From an uncultured candidate division Zixibacteria bacterium (GTDB lineage Bacteria > Zixibacteria > MSB-5A5 > UBA10806): a stretch of DNA of 64,000 bases. Every line of letters starts with the position of its first letter. The stretch's first letter is position 1. Made by a program: the position numbers and the translations under genes. Positions 61,993 to 64,000 of the stretch are shown here, piece by piece. Where the stretch lies: the NCBI GenBank assembly GCA_963817915.1, contig CAWFQL010000003.1, positions 96,001-160,000 of the forward strand. Reading direction: 5' to 3'. The notes under the pieces are model-generated. The model was not told where the DNA came from and made no database searches. It worked only from the letters and a program-made list of their open reading frames with translations.

Positions 61993-62544
61993 TCAATCGG
62001 TAATAAGCACCGCGGCTGATACAACAGTAGTCCAGAGACCTCGTTTGTCGCCTGCGGCAGATTGAGTGATATTGGCAGTGCGGACAATCTTGCCGGAGAT
62101 TTTCCAGAGTTCCTTTTTCTCATCGTAAGACTGGTCGATATCAAAGTCGATTCCCAGCGTGGTCGCAAGCATGGTGGCCGCAAGGTCTTCAGCGTAATCG
62201 CCCGAAATTTTTTCGTTCTGTCCAAAAGCCGCATGTTCGGAGAGATAGCCGTACTGTTTTCTGTCCTGAGGTATTGCCATTCCGACAGAAGCAGAAACCA
62301 GACGATTGGGCTCATCGGTGGAATTGCGGCATAGGACGCAAAACACTATTTGCCCGGGACTCAAATATTCAACCCCATGAGATCTCGAAATGATTTTGCA
62401 ACTGGGCGGGACAATGCTTGAAACATGCACCAAATTATATTGCGCTATCTGGGCGGAACGCAGCGCCAACTCAAAGCTCGATAGCTTTTCTTTGTGGCGG
62501 CCCACTCCCTTTGTCAAAAAAAGCCTTTTTGGTATTTCTGCCAT
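61993..62544 (-). CDS. pdaD: Pyruvoyl-dependent arginine decarboxylase
   Basis: SFELALR.A.IA.YNLV.VSSI(V)PP with a Ser-Ser autocleavage site, GYLSEH, and nearby agmatinase. Confidence 0.9.
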   Translation of the reverse strand: MAEIPKRLFLTKGVGRHKEKLSSFELALRSAQIAQYNLVHVSSIVPPSCKIISRSHGVEYLSPGQIVFCVLCRNSTDEPNRLVSASVGMAIPQDRKQYGYLSEHAAFGQNEKISGDYAEDLAATMLATTLGIDFDIDQSYDEKKELWKISGKIVRTANITQSAAGDKRGLWTTVVSAAVLITD

Positions 62545-62703
62545 CTTCCTCGTTCTCCTCAAATCAGAAACAAATAATTAATCCAGGCGCGAAAAAATAA
62601 GCAAAGTCAACCCAAAACTCAATAGGGATATTACAATTTTTACACTTTTTTTTCAATTAATAATATCCTGCCTAGTTTTGCGAAACAGGCTTCGCGCCGT
62701 CGC

Positions 62704-62800
62704 GAGTCGTAGCGCCGACATGAAATGTCGGCGCGTGGCCTGGCCGCATGCTAAAAAGGTCGAGGCCAGGCCACGCCCGGCTGAAGCCGGGCTACGACTC
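62704..62800. repeat. REPIN-like inverted doublet (family A)
   Basis: GAGTCGTAG-CGCCGACATGAAATGTCGGCG-CGTGGCCTGGCC ... GGCCAGGCCACG-CCCGGCTGAAGCCGGG-CTACGACTC; the core matches 29701-29717. Confidence 0.8.
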
Positions 62801-62807
62801 AGCGAGG

Positions 62808-63617
62808 CTAAAACCCCAGATGGATGCCGAAAACAGTTTTTCCGTCTTTGTTGCGAATAGATTGATTATCAAATGGCCACCAACCGATATAGGTCACGAA
62901 TGCCCCATGCTGGCCGTAGAATGTGCAATTGAAATTCAATTGATGGCGCCGTTTAAGATGGTTTTCATTGTTAATCACCCAAAAATTATTCGATTCGATA
63001 TCTATTCCCGTACTGCGATAGCGTGCAATATTCCAGCGAAGATTGGTATCTAATGTGAAATTGTAGTCATGGGTTTTTTGGAATGATGCTCCTTTCGGCG
63101 CGAAAAATGACGCCAGGACGTAGTAATCGAATTTCCCGATATATTGAAAGCCGGTTTTTTCGGGTAGAGCGTGATGATATTTGTATTTCGGGAGGTAATT
63201 CAGATTGCCAAAACCGATCCTCGGGGAATTCCAATAGATCGAACGATCCTCCCAGCGGTCAATGCTATGGAAGCAATCGTGATGGAATTGGAAGTCCCAG
63301 AAATGATTTTGCATTTCGATACGCCCCGAAAGCCCGAATGACCATCGGGCGCGAGTGGGATCGAATACCATATTGGAGCCGTATTTTCTGCCCATCGATG
63401 TTTCTTCGTATAAATCGGCGGTGAGGAAGAATTTTTTGTATCTGATAGTTTCGACACTGACATTGAGATCGGTATCGATGAAGTATTCAGCGTTCTGATC
63501 AAAATATATATAAGACGCGATATCGCCATGCCCTGCAAACAGCAATTCGAAATTGCCTGCCCGCGCATTGTACCCAATAAGGGTAATCGATACTAATATC
63601 AGGGCTACTCTTCTCAT
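62808..63617 (-). CDS. Secreted hypothetical protein, probably an outer-membrane beta-barrel
   Basis: Signal peptide, aromatic-rich beta strands and C-terminal GIHLGF. Confidence 0.65.
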   Translation of the reverse strand: MRRVALILVSITLIGYNARAGNFELLFAGHGDIASYIYFDQNAEYFIDTDLNVSVETIRYKKFFLTADLYEETSMGRKYGSNMVFDPTRARWSFGLSGRIEMQNHFWDFQFHHDCFHSIDRWEDRSIYWNSPRIGFGNLNYLPKYKYHHALPEKTGFQYIGKFDYYVLASFFAPKGASFQKTHDYNFTLDTNLRWNIARYRSTGIDIESNNFWVINNENHLKRRHQLNFNCTFYGQHGAFVTYIGWWPFDNQSIRNKDGKTVFGIHLGF

Positions 63618-63706
63618 ATTGATCCCGCCTTATTTTTGCTGTTAATCATTGTCATCGTTATTCCGATTGATGCCAATCTAATTCCAAATTTGCGGTTTGG
63701 GAACAT

Positions 63707-63736
63707 AAAAAAACGCCGCCCGGATGAGCGGCGTTA
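63707..63736 (-). terminator. Intrinsic terminator
   Basis: A run followed by AACGCCGC...GCGGCGTT hairpin. Confidence 0.65.
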
Positions 63737-63753
63737 ATAAGTCGTGCATTGAT

Positions 63754-64000
63754 TTATATTTTGAAGATCTTGCTCTTGCCATTGTGGATATTCTTGGTGG
63801 CATTGCGAGTATCGATTATAAGCTTGGAATTATTCACTATCCATTGGTAGTTGAAATTGGAGTGATCGGTTATTATGGCGGCGCAATCGGCGTTTTTGAG
63901 AGTCTTTTCATTCATCGGAGACGCCTTGAGGTCGGGGCCATCATCCATTTTTATAACCGTGACGTAGGGATCGCAATATCTGACATTGGCGCCTTTTTCC
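63754..64000 (-). CDS. Nucleotide-sugar (UDP-glucose/GDP-mannose family) dehydrogenase, C-terminal part
   Basis: EKGANVRYCDPYV...ADCAAIITDHSNF...IIDTRNA; runs off the right edge. Confidence 0.85.
   Translation of the reverse strand, partial: EKGANVRYCDPYVTVIKMDDGPDLKASPMNEKTLKNADCAAIITDHSNFNYQWIVNNSKLIIDTRNATKNIHNGKSKIFKI

Overview
64 kb bacterial window from a diderm, probably anaerobic organism. The gene style (gingipain-like C25 protein with a YPNPFNP C-terminal sorting domain, many multiheme cytochromes, mfd followed by several parvulins) suggests an FCB-associated lineage such as Zixibacteria; this is inference only. The first 19 kb carries two candidate extracellular electron-transfer loci. 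(i) A porin-cytochrome operon: a giant cytochrome built from a 72-aa three-heme tandem repeat (29 CxxCH visible, truncated at the left edge), a paralogous decaheme, an outer-membrane beta-barrel, and a membrane-anchored ferredoxin fused to a circularly permuted TrxR-fold flavoenzyme. (ii) An OmcS-like cytochrome with a seventh heme motif, preceded by a near-perfect Rex operator and next to NapH-like and HMA-domain genes. The rest holds a complete reductive pyrimidine catabolic operon, housekeeping genes (gyrA, ychF, lon, lepA, suhB, manB, hflX, three parvulin PPIases, mfd), a split heterodimeric ABC exporter, an arginine decarboxylase/agmatinase cluster interleaved with two SAM methyltransferases, and several REP/REPIN-like palindromic repeat families. 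About 11 single-base frameshifts and one in-frame TAG, including a break in gyrA, point to uncorrected long-read errors rather than pseudogenes. No rRNA, tRNA, CRISPR array or transposase was recognised.
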